Part shown: positions 19,530 through 29,919 of the stretch, in pieces
Layout: each line of letters opens with the position of its first letter
Numbering within the stretch: position 1 is the first letter of the stretch
Assembly: GCA_944389185.1 (NCBI GenBank)
Contig: CALXLL010000001.1
Location: 93,014 to 157,013, forward strand
Length of the DNA stretch: 64,000 nucleotides
Direction: 5' to 3'
DNA from: an uncultured Alphaproteobacteria bacterium
Lineage (GTDB): Bacteria > Pseudomonadota > Alphaproteobacteria > Rs-D84
Made by a program: the position numbers and the translations under genes
The notes under the pieces: generated by a model
What the model was told of the DNA's origin: nothing
Databases searched by the model: none
What the model saw: the letters and a program-made list of their open reading frames with translations, nothing else

Positions 19530-20939
19530 TTAATGGAAATAATAATATATTTTTTTTGCTGCTGCTTCCCCCAGCCCAGGGACTTTTGATAAACTTTTTA
19601 TGTCCGCATCTGCAATCGCCTTTACAGAACCAAAATGTTGCAACAATTCTTTTTTTCGGACCGCACCAATACCTTCTATTTCATCTAATACAGATGCAGT
19701 CGCAGACTTTGACCTTAATGTCCTGTGGTAAGTTATTACGAATCTATGAGCTTCGTCCCTGACTGCACGCAACATTAAAAATAATTTAGAATCTTTCGGT
19801 AACGAATCGCATATACTACCATCTGGTAGTATAAAATGTTCGTCACCGTTTCGGACTTCGCCTTTGGTAACACCAAAAATAGGAACGTCAGGTGCCGTTT
19901 TATGTGCTATGTTCCATTGCGCAATTCCACCGTCAACTATAATTAAATCTAATCTAGAATTGTTTTTCGTTGCCCTGGATACAAACTCTTCCATCATAGC
20001 TATATCATTTCCTGCCCGGGCTGCGTCTTTTAGTTTAAAATGTCTATATTCTGACTTTATAAAACCTTGATGCCCAAATGCAATCATTGCACCAACGGCT
20101 TGTTTGCCGAATAAGTGTGAATTATCAAAAACACCTATAAGATTCAATTTTTTACCGATTATTTTTTCTAGTTCAGTTACTGTGCCGTCCCAATCAAGTT
20201 TTGGTGCGTATGTTGTTTGACGTTTTATACCCCTGGTTGACGTATTTGTTAAAGCCTCTATTTTATCACGACATTTTGCTGCAGATTCAAAATCTAGATT
20301 ATCAGAAAATCTTTTCATCTCTTTTAATAAGTCTGTAATTATAGGTTGACTGTCACCAGTTAAGATTCTACGGGCCAGTTGGACATTTGAATCATAGTTT
20401 GTTTGCGGTAAAACACAAGGTGCACTGCATCTGCCGATTTGATACAAAAGGCAAGGGCGACTTCTGTTTCTCATAAAAGTATCTGTGCAAGTCCTTAACT
20501 GACATACCTTCTGAATTGTTTTTATGGTTTCGTTCAAAGCTGATACAGAAGGATACGGTCCATATACGTCTTTTTTCTGAGAAATCTTACCGCGAAACTT
20601 TAACAATCGTGGGTATTTGTGGTTGGTCAGAGCCAACATAGGATACATTTTTCCGTCTGTCAGCATTATATTATATTTAGGCTTTTCCGTTTTTATCAGC
20701 TTTTCTTCCAAAATAAGAGCGTCCGATTCTGTCGCGGTAATTTCCCATTCTACTTTTGTGACTAAACTTCTCATTACTTGCTTGTGTGGTTCAAGCTTGG
20801 AAATGTCCAGGTATTGTTTTAAACGTTTAGATAGATTCTTGGCTTTCCCAACGTATAAAAGATTCCCCTCTCGGTCATACATCTTATATATACCAGGGGC
20901 ATTAGGACTATTCTCTATCAAATCAGAAAATTGAATATT
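19530..20939 (-). CDS. uvrC: excinuclease ABC subunit C (compact, 470 aa)
   Basis: N-terminal GIY-YIG (GIYKMYD...LLYVGKAKNL); Cys cluster RPCLLYQIGRCSAPCV; UVR domain; RNase-H-like endonuclease region; C-terminal HhH pair. Start taken at MNIQF rather than the ORF-track start. Confidence 0.7.
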   Translation of the reverse strand, partial: NIQFSDLIENSPNAPGIYKMYDREGNLLYVGKAKNLSKRLKQYLDISKLEPHKQVMRSLVTKVEWEITATESDALILEEKLIKTEKPKYNIMLTDGKMYPMLALTNHKYPRLLKFRGKISQKKDVYGPYPSVSALNETIKTIQKVCQLRTCTDTFMRNRSRPCLLYQIGRCSAPCVLPQTNYDSNVQLARRILTGDSQPIITDLLKEMKRFSDNLDFESAAKCRDKIEALTNTSTRGIKRQTTYAPKLDWDGTVTELEKIIGKKLNLIGVFDNSHLFGKQAVGAMIAFGHQGFIKSEYRHFKLKDAARAGNDIAMMEEFVSRATKNNSRLDLIIVDGGIAQWNIAHKTAPDVPIFGVTKGEVRNGDEHFILPDGSICDSLPKDSKLFLMLRAVRDEAHRFVITYHRTLRSKSATASVLDEIEGIGAVRKKELLQHFGSVKAIADADIKSLSKVPGLGEAAAKKIYYYFH

Positions 20940-20992
20940 CATAACTATTATGATAGAATAAAAAATATAATTAGTAAACAAGGGATATTAAT

Positions 20993-21457
20993 ATGATACA
21001 AGAATCTGGTCGTTCAATGATTGAAATGTTAGGCGTTTTGGCAATTATGGGGGTTATAACCGTTGGTGCCGTTGGTATGATTTCTGCTGCTATGCGTATG
21101 CAAAAGCGAACAGCAGTTAATGATGAAATAATTCAAATAGTGTCCAGCGTAAGACAATTGCTGGGTGAATACGACGATTATTCAAATATAAACGGTTCTA
21201 CTATTTTTGGTGCTATTGGAATGTCTAATAAAAACCCATACGGTGGGACTTATGAATTAGCAGTTAATCCGTCAAATACTCAGCAATTCGTTGTTTCTAT
21301 TACTGGTTTAACACAGTCTGATTGCGAGTTCTTTACAACAAAAGCTTGGGAAGGATCTGTTGGGTATACTATGTCTGACGGTAAAACAGGCGGCGCGGTC
21401 GGTGATTGCAGCCAGCAGAACGGTAAAAACACCGTTCAAATCACTTATGGTGATTAA
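20993..21457 (+). CDS. type IV pilin-like protein (class III signal peptide)
   Basis: MIQESG|RSMIEMLGVLAIMGVITVGAV: short leader ending in Gly, Glu at +5, then a hydrophobic helix; 154 aa. Confidence 0.45.
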   Translation: MIQESGRSMIEMLGVLAIMGVITVGAVGMISAAMRMQKRTAVNDEIIQIVSSVRQLLGEYDDYSNINGSTIFGAIGMSNKNPYGGTYELAVNPSNTQQFVVSITGLTQSDCEFFTTKAWEGSVGYTMSDGKTGGAVGDCSQQNGKNTVQITYGD

Positions 21458-21471
21458 GTTTTGTTAGGGTT

Positions 21472-22452
21472 TTGAATATGGCTGAAATGATAGAAGTTTC
21501 AAAAGTAGAAGACGGAACAAGATTGCTACGATGGTTCTTGCGAAAGTTCCCTTCTATGCCTCAGCGAGAGTTCTATAAGCTTTGTCGCGGCGGTCAGATA
21601 AGGGTTAATTCTTCAAGATGTCATGGTCAAGAGTTTTTACGAGAAGGGGATGTCGTTCGCATACCTCCAACTATTTATAGCTATGCCAAGAAACCCGATA
21701 AAAAGACAGAAACTGGTGAAGCTTTTTCTTTGTCTGATTTAGAAAAATTAAGACAATGTATAATTCATGATGATGATGACATTGTCGTTATAAATAAACC
21801 TGCAGGGCTTGCAGTGCAAGGCGGAACGGGGATAAGAAAATCAGTGGATAAGATGCTTGCCGCTATGTATCCTTATAGTAAAATTTCTTTGGTGCACAGG
21901 TTGGACCGAGAAACTAGCGGTATCTTAGTCGTAGCTAAGAACCAACGAGCCGCACAGGTATTGTCTGTTGGCTTTCAAGATAAAAAAAATCATAAAGAAT
22001 ATCTGGCTTTATTAAATGGCGACGTAAAAAATAAAGCAGGTATAATTGATAACTATCTTGCCAAAGGTCAAGTCTTGGACACTCCAGAAAGGCTTAATAA
22101 TGGCATAGGGCAAAAACCATTACGGGCAGTGACTGAATATAAAGTTTTATCTTCAGCAGGCGGTCATTTAACTTGGGTTTTATTTATGCCAAAAACCGGA
22201 AGAAATCATCAATTAAGACTTCATAGTGCGTTTTGTTTAAATGCACCCATTGTTGGTGATAGCTTGTATGGTAATAATAAAAAATTAAATCCTGCGTTAA
22301 GTTCTGTTTTAAACACTAATAATTTATTTTTATTTGCTTATAAAATTACTTTTCAACACCCTTCAACAGGTAAAATGTTGACTTTACGTGCAAAAGTGCC
22401 AGACTTTATGCGACCCATCATGGATTTTATGGAGATAAAGTTGCCAGATTAA
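21472..22452 (+). CDS. RluA-family 23S rRNA pseudouridine synthase (RluC/RluD-like)
   Basis: S4-like N-terminus; catalytic HRLDRETSGILVVAK motif. Confidence 0.7.
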   Translation: MNMAEMIEVSKVEDGTRLLRWFLRKFPSMPQREFYKLCRGGQIRVNSSRCHGQEFLREGDVVRIPPTIYSYAKKPDKKTETGEAFSLSDLEKLRQCIIHDDDDIVVINKPAGLAVQGGTGIRKSVDKMLAAMYPYSKISLVHRLDRETSGILVVAKNQRAAQVLSVGFQDKKNHKEYLALLNGDVKNKAGIIDNYLAKGQVLDTPERLNNGIGQKPLRAVTEYKVLSSAGGHLTWVLFMPKTGRNHQLRLHSAFCLNAPIVGDSLYGNNKKLNPALSSVLNTNNLFLFAYKITFQHPSTGKMLTLRAKVPDFMRPIMDFMEIKLPD

Positions 22453-22458
22453 TATATT

Positions 22459-24519
22459 ATGAAAAAAAAACCAAAAGCCTTTTTTGCTATATTTAGAATA
22501 ATAACTTTGTTTATTATGGGGCTGGTTATAGCTTTTATAATAGCTTTGTCACAAGTTAATCTTGATACTTTAAAGGGAGATGTTTTATTTGCTTTAAAAG
22601 AGGCGTTTGGCGTGCCAATAGAAATAAACGGCTCTTTTTCATGGAAGCTTTCTTTAAGACCGAAAATAGAAATTAATAAAGTTAGCGTGAAAAACGCCGA
22701 TTGGGCAAGTCATGAATATGCTTTCAGTGCGGATAAAATAGACGTTACCTTAAACCTTATTTCGTTGTTCCGTGACAGACCAACAATCCAAAGTATTAAA
22801 ATATACGATGCAGAACTATGCATAGAAAAAAATGATAAGGGCGAGTATTCTATACCGAAATTAAGCAACGGAACTTCCGACGTGGATAAGAATAAAACAC
22901 CAAAAAAATATCCTTTTGAAGACCCAGGTTTGGGAGAAGTAGAAATTAAAAATATAAAAGCTCATATTTTTAACGACGTTTATAATTTAAATGGTTTGCA
23001 GGTAAGGTATATTTCTAAAAATGAAACACGTGAATATGCTGGGTGGATAAAAACAAGTAAAAAACTTGTCCCGTTCATTGTTTCTTTTTCTGAATATAAT
23101 TCGGAAAGGAAAGTTTATCCTGTAAAAGCTGCTTTCGCTACGAGCGGAGATGCTTTGATAGCAAATGTTGCTTTGGAAGGAACAAGTAAATTACCAATTG
23201 ACTTTATTATTAAAGGAGATGTTATAGATGTTGATACTCTGGGAGAGGTATTGAATCTTGATTTAAGTAATGTTCCTTCTATATATCTTAATATAGTCGG
23301 TGGGGCAGACAGAAAAAAAATTACGTTTAGAAACTCTTCTATAACCATAGAAGGAAATAAAGTTTACTTTTCTGGTGGTATAGATTGGTCGAAAAAAATC
23401 CCAGAAGTTAATTTAAAGCTTAGTGCGGAAACTATTGATTTACCTCAAAGTTTCCCGCAGCTATACATAAGTAAAAAGCAAGATATAGACCGGGAAAAAA
23501 ATGTGTTTAAGGATGTCCCTTTGTTTGGAAAAGATATAGTCAATTATAACTTGAATCTGGATATAACTTTAAATGATTTTATAGTTTATAAAAAATTAAA
23601 TATAAAAAATCTTAACGTTTTACTTAAAACTTCTTATGGAGTCGGACGTTTGGATATAAAGACTAATTTTGCAGATAGTGATATTGTTGTCGGGGCTGAT
23701 TTTGATTTAGATGCAGCCGGAAGGTATTATGTAAAGTTTGCAGGAACTGGGAAAAATGTGACTGTTGGCACGATTCTTAATCAGATTGGTTATGATAACT
23801 TTATATCCGATTTACCGACAAATGTGGATTTGTATGTTGAATCTCATGGAACTAACTTATCGGAACTTATGGCAAATATGACAGGACCCGTGAAAGTATA
23901 TTCGGTCGGTGAAGGTTATGCATATTCTTCTTTGGTATCAAGAATATATGGAACAGACTTTTTGACAACATTACGTCATAGCATACAAGACTTATTTAGA
24001 AGCGATAAAAAATACGACCAAATGACTATTTCTTGCGCAGTTGTGAATACTAAGTTTAGAAAAGGTGTCGCGGAAACCGAAGAAGGAGTGGCAGTAGAAA
24101 CAAACGTTATAAACTTAAGACTGGCAGGTGATTTAAACTTCGTTAATGAAACTATGAGCTTGTCTTTAATGACGGTCCCTGTCAGAGGTTTAAAATTATC
24201 TTTGACTGGTAATATAGTTAATTCAATTGAAATATCAGGTAATATAGCAGAACCTGATATAAGTATAAGTGGTGCGGCTGTCGCCAGTAAAGTTGCTTCT
24301 GCAACAGGAATAGGTTTGTTGTTAACGCCTTTTACTGGTGGAATAGGCCTGGTTGCCGGGGCTGGTGTTGGCTTGCTGGCTGGTGACTTGTTAGAAAATT
24401 GGTTGGCAGACGATAATCCTTGCAGAACGGCTTTGGAAAAAGGTGCCCCATCAGAAAAAGATGACCCTGCGTGGATGAATGAAAGTTTAGATTATTTGAT
24501 AGGAACCATTTTAAAATAA
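22459..24519 (+). CDS. AsmA-family outer-membrane biogenesis protein (tentative)
   Basis: 686 aa; single N-terminal TM anchor followed by a long beta-rich periplasmic body; architecture only. Confidence 0.35.
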   Translation: MKKKPKAFFAIFRIITLFIMGLVIAFIIALSQVNLDTLKGDVLFALKEAFGVPIEINGSFSWKLSLRPKIEINKVSVKNADWASHEYAFSADKIDVTLNLISLFRDRPTIQSIKIYDAELCIEKNDKGEYSIPKLSNGTSDVDKNKTPKKYPFEDPGLGEVEIKNIKAHIFNDVYNLNGLQVRYISKNETREYAGWIKTSKKLVPFIVSFSEYNSERKVYPVKAAFATSGDALIANVALEGTSKLPIDFIIKGDVIDVDTLGEVLNLDLSNVPSIYLNIVGGADRKKITFRNSSITIEGNKVYFSGGIDWSKKIPEVNLKLSAETIDLPQSFPQLYISKKQDIDREKNVFKDVPLFGKDIVNYNLNLDITLNDFIVYKKLNIKNLNVLLKTSYGVGRLDIKTNFADSDIVVGADFDLDAAGRYYVKFAGTGKNVTVGTILNQIGYDNFISDLPTNVDLYVESHGTNLSELMANMTGPVKVYSVGEGYAYSSLVSRIYGTDFLTTLRHSIQDLFRSDKKYDQMTISCAVVNTKFRKGVAETEEGVAVETNVINLRLAGDLNFVNETMSLSLMTVPVRGLKLSLTGNIVNSIEISGNIAEPDISISGAAVASKVASATGIGLLLTPFTGGIGLVAGAGVGLLAGDLLENWLADDNPCRTALEKGAPSEKDDPAWMNESLDYLIGTILK

Positions 24520-24612
24520 AATTAATTCTTTTGCTCTTGCACCGAATCGACATTTTTTGATAAACTTGATACTAAGAATGTGGGGTAAATATATTTTTAA
24601 CAGGAGCGTATT

Positions 24613-25731
24613 ATGGAATTTTCAGTCTTTCGCCAAGTTTTAATTCGTGCGCTGGGACATATGCAATCTATCGTTGAAAAACGTGCTACTTTGCCTATCT
24701 TAATGAATGTTAAATTAGAGGTCGCAGATAATCTTATTTTGTCGGCAACAAATGTAGACTTGGAATTAGTAGAGCATGTAAATGCAGATATTACTTTGGG
24801 TGGCAGAACAACTGTTCCCGTCCAAATGCTTTATGATATTGTTCGTAAGCTGCCAGATGACGCCGAGATTTCTTTTAAACAATCCGGTGATCAGTTAGTC
24901 GTTTCAAGCGGACGTGCTGTTTTCCGTTTACCAACTTTGCCAGCAGAAAACTTCCCTGCAATGGCGGGCAGTAATTTGACAACTAAGTTCCAAATGACAA
25001 CAGGTGATTTGGCACATTTAATTAATCAAACTAAGTTTGCTATACCAACTGATGACGTTCGCTATCATTTGGGTGGTATTTTCTTCCATATTTCTGATGA
25101 TAGTGGTGAAAAGAAGTTAACTGCAGTGGCAACGGATGCTCAACGTATGGCTTTGTGTGCTATGCCGGCACCTGCTGGAAGTGCAGAAATGCCTTCTGTA
25201 ATTTTACCGCGCAGAGTCATAGGGGAATTGTCAAAGCTTCTTGAAGATGCCAACGTTGATGATGTTATGGTCGAATTGTCTGATACAAAGGCAAGATTTA
25301 CGGTAGGTTCTGCTACTTTGACAAGTAAGTTGGTTGATGCGCAGTTCCCTAATTATCGCGTTGTTATACCGAAAGGTAACGATAAAATTGCCGTTATGGA
25401 TAGAAAGCAGTTCTTAAATGCTGTTGACTTGGTTTCTGTTGCCAGCGTAGATAAGACAAAGTCTATTCAATTGACGTTTTCTATGAATAAGTTGGTCGTT
25501 AACGCTTCAAGTCCTGATGCCGGAACAGCTACACAGGAATTGGACGTTGAATATAACGGTGATACAGAGTTTACCGTAACGTTTAATGTAAAGTTTTTGA
25601 TGGACGTAGCAGGGCAAGTAGAAGGTGATTCGTTCCAGATGGAAATGCAAGATCCTTTATCGCCTACTATCATCAAATCAACCGATAAAAATACTGATTC
25701 TTTGTTTATATTGATGCCTATGCGAATGTAA
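24613..25731 (+). CDS. dnaN: DNA polymerase III beta sliding clamp
   Basis: 372 aa; MEFSVFRQVLIRALGHMQSIVEKRATLPILMNVKLE... is typical DnaN; the ORF ends PMRM. Confidence 0.85.
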   Translation: MEFSVFRQVLIRALGHMQSIVEKRATLPILMNVKLEVADNLILSATNVDLELVEHVNADITLGGRTTVPVQMLYDIVRKLPDDAEISFKQSGDQLVVSSGRAVFRLPTLPAENFPAMAGSNLTTKFQMTTGDLAHLINQTKFAIPTDDVRYHLGGIFFHISDDSGEKKLTAVATDAQRMALCAMPAPAGSAEMPSVILPRRVIGELSKLLEDANVDDVMVELSDTKARFTVGSATLTSKLVDAQFPNYRVVIPKGNDKIAVMDRKQFLNAVDLVSVASVDKTKSIQLTFSMNKLVVNASSPDAGTATQELDVEYNGDTEFTVTFNVKFLMDVAGQVEGDSFQMEMQDPLSPTIIKSTDKNTDSLFILMPMRM

Positions 25732-25798
25732 ACAATTAGTTAGTTTGCTGAAAGCCACTTAAAGTGGCTTTTAAAATGTTTGTATAAAGGAATAAATT

Positions 25799-26329
25799 AT
25801 GTTGTTAAGTGAAGTAGAACCCGGTAAAAATCCACCTAAAAAAATGAATGCTATAATAGAAGTTCCAGAAAACGGTTTCGTTAAGTATGAAATAGATAAA
25901 TCTACTGGGCTTTTGAAAGCCGATAGAATATTGCATACGCCGATGGCTTATCCAGCTAACTATGGTTATTTCCCAGGAACTTTGGGTGATGACGGTGACC
26001 CTTTGGATTGCGTGGTGGTTTGTAATGCGCCTTTGCATCCCGGTATTTTGATCGAGGTCAGACCAATAGGCGCCTTGATAATGAAAGATCAAGCCGGGGG
26101 TGACGAAAAAATAATTTGTTTGCCTTCAAATAAAACTGACCCTTTTTATCAAAATATTAATTATATAGAAGAACTTCCGGAAATATTACAGGCTAAAATT
26201 GAATACTTTTTCATGCATTATAAAGACTTACAACCAAACGCTTGGTCTAAAGTTATAGGTTGGGGGGACCGCGATAAAGCAGATAGCTTGATTATGGAAA
26301 GTATAGAAAGATATAAGAAAAATAAATAA
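25799..26329 (+). CDS. ppa: inorganic pyrophosphatase
   Basis: DGDPLDCVVV and YPANYGYFPGT motifs; 176 aa. Confidence 0.85.
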   Translation: MLLSEVEPGKNPPKKMNAIIEVPENGFVKYEIDKSTGLLKADRILHTPMAYPANYGYFPGTLGDDGDPLDCVVVCNAPLHPGILIEVRPIGALIMKDQAGGDEKIICLPSNKTDPFYQNINYIEELPEILQAKIEYFFMHYKDLQPNAWSKVIGWGDRDKADSLIMESIERYKKNK

Positions 26330-26397
26330 AGATAAATACTTGCGTTATTAAAAATATTTTTATAACCTGTGATTTATTCAAAACAAGAGGTATTTAA

Positions 26398-26967
26398 ATG
26401 GCTTCATATATTGCAAATGATATGCGTGTCGGTTGGGTTATTTCTCATAACGGAAAACGTTATGCCGTTACGTCTATTACGAAAGTAAAACCCGGTAAAG
26501 GTGGGGCTTTTGTTCAAGCTGACCTGCGTGATATTGATTCAGGTAATAAAGGTGGGGATCGTTGGCGTGCAGAAGATAAAGTTGAAAAGTTAATGGTTGA
26601 AGATTTTGACTGTCAATATTTATATTCTGATGGAACAGATGCTTTTTTTATGAATCTTTCTGATTACGAACAATTCACTATGCCGGTAGAATCTTTGGGC
26701 GAACAGATGAAGTTTTTGGCACCGGAAATGAATGTAAAAGCAAACTTCGTTGAAGGGCAGCCTGTGTCAATTACTTTACCAAAGACTGTAATTGCAACTG
26801 TTGAAGAAACAGAACCTGCATTAAAGGGGCAGACAGCTACTACTAGTGGCGGTAAACCGGCTATACTTGATAACGGAATTCGCGTTCAAGTTCCTTTGTT
26901 TATAGAACAAGGCGAAAAAATAGTTGTTAATACAGAAACTTTGGAATATGTAGAACGTGCAAAATAA
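26398..26967 (+). CDS. efp: elongation factor P
   Basis: 189 aa; KPGKGGAFVQADLRDIDSGNK contains the conserved loop around the modified Lys. Confidence 0.85.
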   Translation: MASYIANDMRVGWVISHNGKRYAVTSITKVKPGKGGAFVQADLRDIDSGNKGGDRWRAEDKVEKLMVEDFDCQYLYSDGTDAFFMNLSDYEQFTMPVESLGEQMKFLAPEMNVKANFVEGQPVSITLPKTVIATVEETEPALKGQTATTSGGKPAILDNGIRVQVPLFIEQGEKIVVNTETLEYVERAK

Positions 26968-26991
26968 AAAAACCGCAATCGCGGTTTTTTT
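26966..26991. terminator. bidirectional rho-independent terminator between efp and fba
   Basis: aaccgc-aatc-gcggtt hairpin flanked by an A-run and a T-run. Confidence 0.45.
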
Positions 26992-27934
26992 ATATCTTAT
27001 TTGCAGAGTTCATAATTTTATTTATTTCGTTAACGCAATTTTTATAAATATTTTCTTTTCCTGCGCTTAAATAAAATCTGGGATTAAAATCTGACGGTTT
27101 TTTTCTTAAAGATTCTCTGACGCCGGCTGTGAAAGCTAATCTTGAATCGCTATCTATATTTACTTTGCAGATATTCATGCTAATAGCTTTTTTTATTTGA
27201 GCGATTGGGATCCCAAAAGCATTTTTTATATTTCCACCGTTTTTGTTGATAGTTGTTATAAAGTTTTGCGGAATAGTTGATGCACCATGTAAAACAAGCG
27301 GATATTTCGGTAATTTGTTAAATATTTCTTTTAATATATCAAATCTTAATTTCTCGTTTACCGTTTTTCTTTTGTAAGCGCCGTGACTTGTTCCAACAGC
27401 AACAGCTAAAGAATCTGTGCCTGTTTCTTTTATGAATTTAATTGCTTCCGCAGGGTCTGTATAGTTGCTGTAATCGCCAAAAGTATTTTCGTCTTCTATA
27501 CCTGATAAGGTCCCAAGTTCTGCTTCAACAGAAACCCCGTATTTATGAGCAAAATCAACTACTTTTTTAGATAATTTTATATTTTCTTTGAAAGGTAATT
27601 TACTGGCATCAATCATCACACTAGAAAAGCCCAGCTTTATAGCGCGCTTGCATATATCAAAAGAAGAGCCATGATCAAGGTGAAGTGCAATTTTGTCTTT
27701 TCTGGAAAGTTTCAGGCCTTGTATCATACCAATCAGCATATCATCGCCCATATAATTTAAGGCTGATTCAGATACTGCCAGAATAACAGGGCTTTTTGTG
27801 TCTTTACTTGCTTTTATGATAGCTTGCAGGGTTTCCATGTTATAAAAATTAAAAGCTGGTATCGCATAACCACCAGATAAAGCATCTGAAAATAACTTTT
27901 TCGTGTTTATAAGGCCAAGTTCTTCAAAGCTCAT
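26990..27934 (-). CDS. fba: class II fructose-bisphosphate aldolase family protein
   Basis: LHLDHGSSFD, AIPAFNFYNME and VLHGAST motifs of class II aldolases. Confidence 0.75.
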   Translation of the reverse strand: MSFEELGLINTKKLFSDALSGGYAIPAFNFYNMETLQAIIKASKDTKSPVILAVSESALNYMGDDMLIGMIQGLKLSRKDKIALHLDHGSSFDICKRAIKLGFSSVMIDASKLPFKENIKLSKKVVDFAHKYGVSVEAELGTLSGIEDENTFGDYSNYTDPAEAIKFIKETGTDSLAVAVGTSHGAYKRKTVNEKLRFDILKEIFNKLPKYPLVLHGASTIPQNFITTINKNGGNIKNAFGIPIAQIKKAISMNICKVNIDSDSRLAFTAGVRESLRKKPSDFNPRFYLSAGKENIYKNCVNEINKIMNSANKI

Positions 27935-28081
27935 ATTTTTCCTTTTTTTGATTTAATATTATATCATATTTAATCCAATCGGTAAACATTAGACATATCT
28001 GTTGACAACTGGTTTATTTGTGCAACAATTGTTATACGAATCGGGGAGCTTGAAGAGATAAGTTTTAAAAGGGTTACGAAT

Positions 28082-28489
28082 ATGAAAAAAGCTTTGATTA
28101 CAATATTTGCATTGGCAGGTTTATCAGGGTGTGTTTATTATGATTATTACAAAGGTGGCGTAAGATATACTCAGGACGGTGAAGATTGTATTTATTATGC
28201 AGGTGAATATGGCAGAAACTTTTCTGGGCGTATTGACGGGTTGGATAAAAATAAGAAAATTGTTTATCGTAATACTCGCTGCGCAGATTTGTATGCAAAA
28301 GATAATATGGATATTGCACCTAGTCAAGAACGTCAAGTTTTAGCACCAGCTGCAAAGCCTGCACCAAAACCTTGCGCAGCATGTGTTCAGCCACAGGTTC
28401 AATCTTGCAGTGCTTGTGCAACACAGGTTCAGACTTGCGAAAGCCAAAAAATTATTAGACGTAAATATGTAATCGTTCCGGCTATGTAA
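28082..28489 (+). CDS. lipoprotein, Cys-rich C-terminus, unknown function
   Basis: Lipobox LAGLSGC; C-terminal CAACVQPQVQSCSACATQVQTCESQ. Confidence 0.4.
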   Translation: MKKALITIFALAGLSGCVYYDYYKGGVRYTQDGEDCIYYAGEYGRNFSGRIDGLDKNKKIVYRNTRCADLYAKDNMDIAPSQERQVLAPAAKPAPKPCAACVQPQVQSCSACATQVQTCESQKIIRRKYVIVPAM

Positions 28490-28513
28490 TCATTCGTATT
28501 CTTTTAATTTTTA

Positions 28514-28540
28514 ACAAGCCCGTTCGGGCTTGTTTTTTAT
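28514..28540 (+). terminator. rho-independent terminator
   Basis: acaagccc-gttc-gggcttgt hairpin followed by tttttt. Confidence 0.5.
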
Positions 28541-28593
28541 TTGAATAAGCCCGAAAATTATGATAAAATTACATAAAATAAAAAGGAGATTTT

Positions 28594-28965
28594 ATGAAAA
28601 AGTTATTCCAGAAAATAGGTTTCGCTTCTTTGGTTTTGTTTTCCAGCAGTTTGGCCGCTTTCGCTGCTACAAGGGCAGGCGGTGCTGCCATGGGAAATGG
28701 TTTTTGTAATCTGATTGTAAGAATGCATGACGTTTTCGTATTGCTTAGAACTTTGGCTTTCGTCGGCGCCGCATTTATTATCGCCGGCTGGGCTTGGGGA
28801 ATGATAAAAGATGGAAAGGTTGACCAAGAAGATTTGAGAAAGAAAGGAACAGGTATGTTGGTCGGGTTTATACTTTTGTTTGCTATTGGTGTTGTCTTAT
28901 CGTTCTTCTTAAGTGCGACAGGTATGAATGCAATCGGGTGTTCAGATGTTATTCTTAATTGGTAA
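28594..28965 (+). CDS. small membrane protein with VirB2/TrbC-pilin-like architecture (tentative)
   Basis: Signal peptide followed by two hydrophobic helices separated by a short loop, 123 aa. Architecture only. Confidence 0.3.
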   Translation: MKKLFQKIGFASLVLFSSSLAAFAATRAGGAAMGNGFCNLIVRMHDVFVLLRTLAFVGAAFIIAGWAWGMIKDGKVDQEDLRKKGTGMLVGFILLFAIGVVLSFFLSATGMNAIGCSDVILNW

Positions 28966-28967
28966 TT

Positions 28968-28998
28968 AAAAAAAGCGACTTAACAGTCGCTTTTTTTT
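28968..28998. terminator. bidirectional rho-independent terminator
   Basis: agcgact-taac-agtcgct hairpin with an A-run before and a T-run after. Confidence 0.5.
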
Positions 28999-29917
28999 AC
29001 TTAGTTTTAATTTTCATTTCTTGTGCTTTGTTGAAAAAGTCTTTTTCTATTTTTTTAAGCTCGGATTTAACTTTTGTTATATGATTTTTGCTTATAAGTT
29101 GTTCCGGAGATTTGTTTGTGGTTAGTATAATGTTCTTCCTGGCTTTGTATAATTCTTCAATTAATATTTGTTGAAACGTTTCAAAGCTTATATGCGGATT
29201 CGTATCGTTCTTTGATATAGCGTTACGTAAAGCAATCGTTTTCTTATGAAGTGAATAAGCCGTCATATAATTTGCAATCGGGTCGTTTTCTTTTATTGGT
29301 ATCCCCATATTCGATTTTATTACATCTGTATCCCAACTGTAAAAATACGCTTTGTGCAGTCTGTTATTAAAATGTCGCATATCTGCGTGATTTCTATACG
29401 CTATGGCGTTAACGATTTTTTCTTGCTTTGCAAGGTTTTTACGTAAATATATGCGTGAAAAATATTTTGCCTGTTTAACAATGTCTTCATATTTTAGATT
29501 CGGTTGTATAAAATAAAGCTGAGAAAAAATTAAGTTATCCCATTCGTGTAGTAAAGCCCAACAGGCAAAGCGACTTAATTTGAAATCTTGACCGTTTAAT
29601 ATGTTTTTTGTCCCATGATAGTCTTTTATTTTATAATCATGGTATATTGATATTATATGGTCTTGATATAAATTAAAAGTATTTTTTTGGAGTAAATTAA
29701 TATTGTTTAAGGCGTGCCATATTTGGTTAGGAGTTTCTTCAGAATAATAAAGGTAAGGGGTTTTGTATAAATTATATAAATCCGAAAATAACCAATATTC
29801 AGTATCGATATTTGTTACAGGATTTGGAAATAAAGAGTATTTTTCTGTTTCGTTTATAAAATGCTTTTTTTGTTCAAGTGTATTAAAAACGGTTTTGGGG
29901 CTGGGTTTGAATAGCAT
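28997..29917 (-). CDS. hypothetical protein (306 aa), translationally coupled downstream of an RHH gene
   Basis: Intact ORF; aromatic and Lys/Asn-rich; its ATG lies 2 nt after the upstream gene's stop (TAGTTATG on the minus strand); no recognised catalytic motif. Confidence 0.45.
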   Translation of the reverse strand: MLFKPSPKTVFNTLEQKKHFINETEKYSLFPNPVTNIDTEYWLFSDLYNLYKTPYLYYSEETPNQIWHALNNINLLQKNTFNLYQDHIISIYHDYKIKDYHGTKNILNGQDFKLSRFACWALLHEWDNLIFSQLYFIQPNLKYEDIVKQAKYFSRIYLRKNLAKQEKIVNAIAYRNHADMRHFNNRLHKAYFYSWDTDVIKSNMGIPIKENDPIANYMTAYSLHKKTIALRNAISKNDTNPHISFETFQQILIEELYKARKNIILTTNKSPEQLISKNHITKVKSELKKIEKDFFNKAQEMKIKTK

Positions 29918-29919
29918 AA

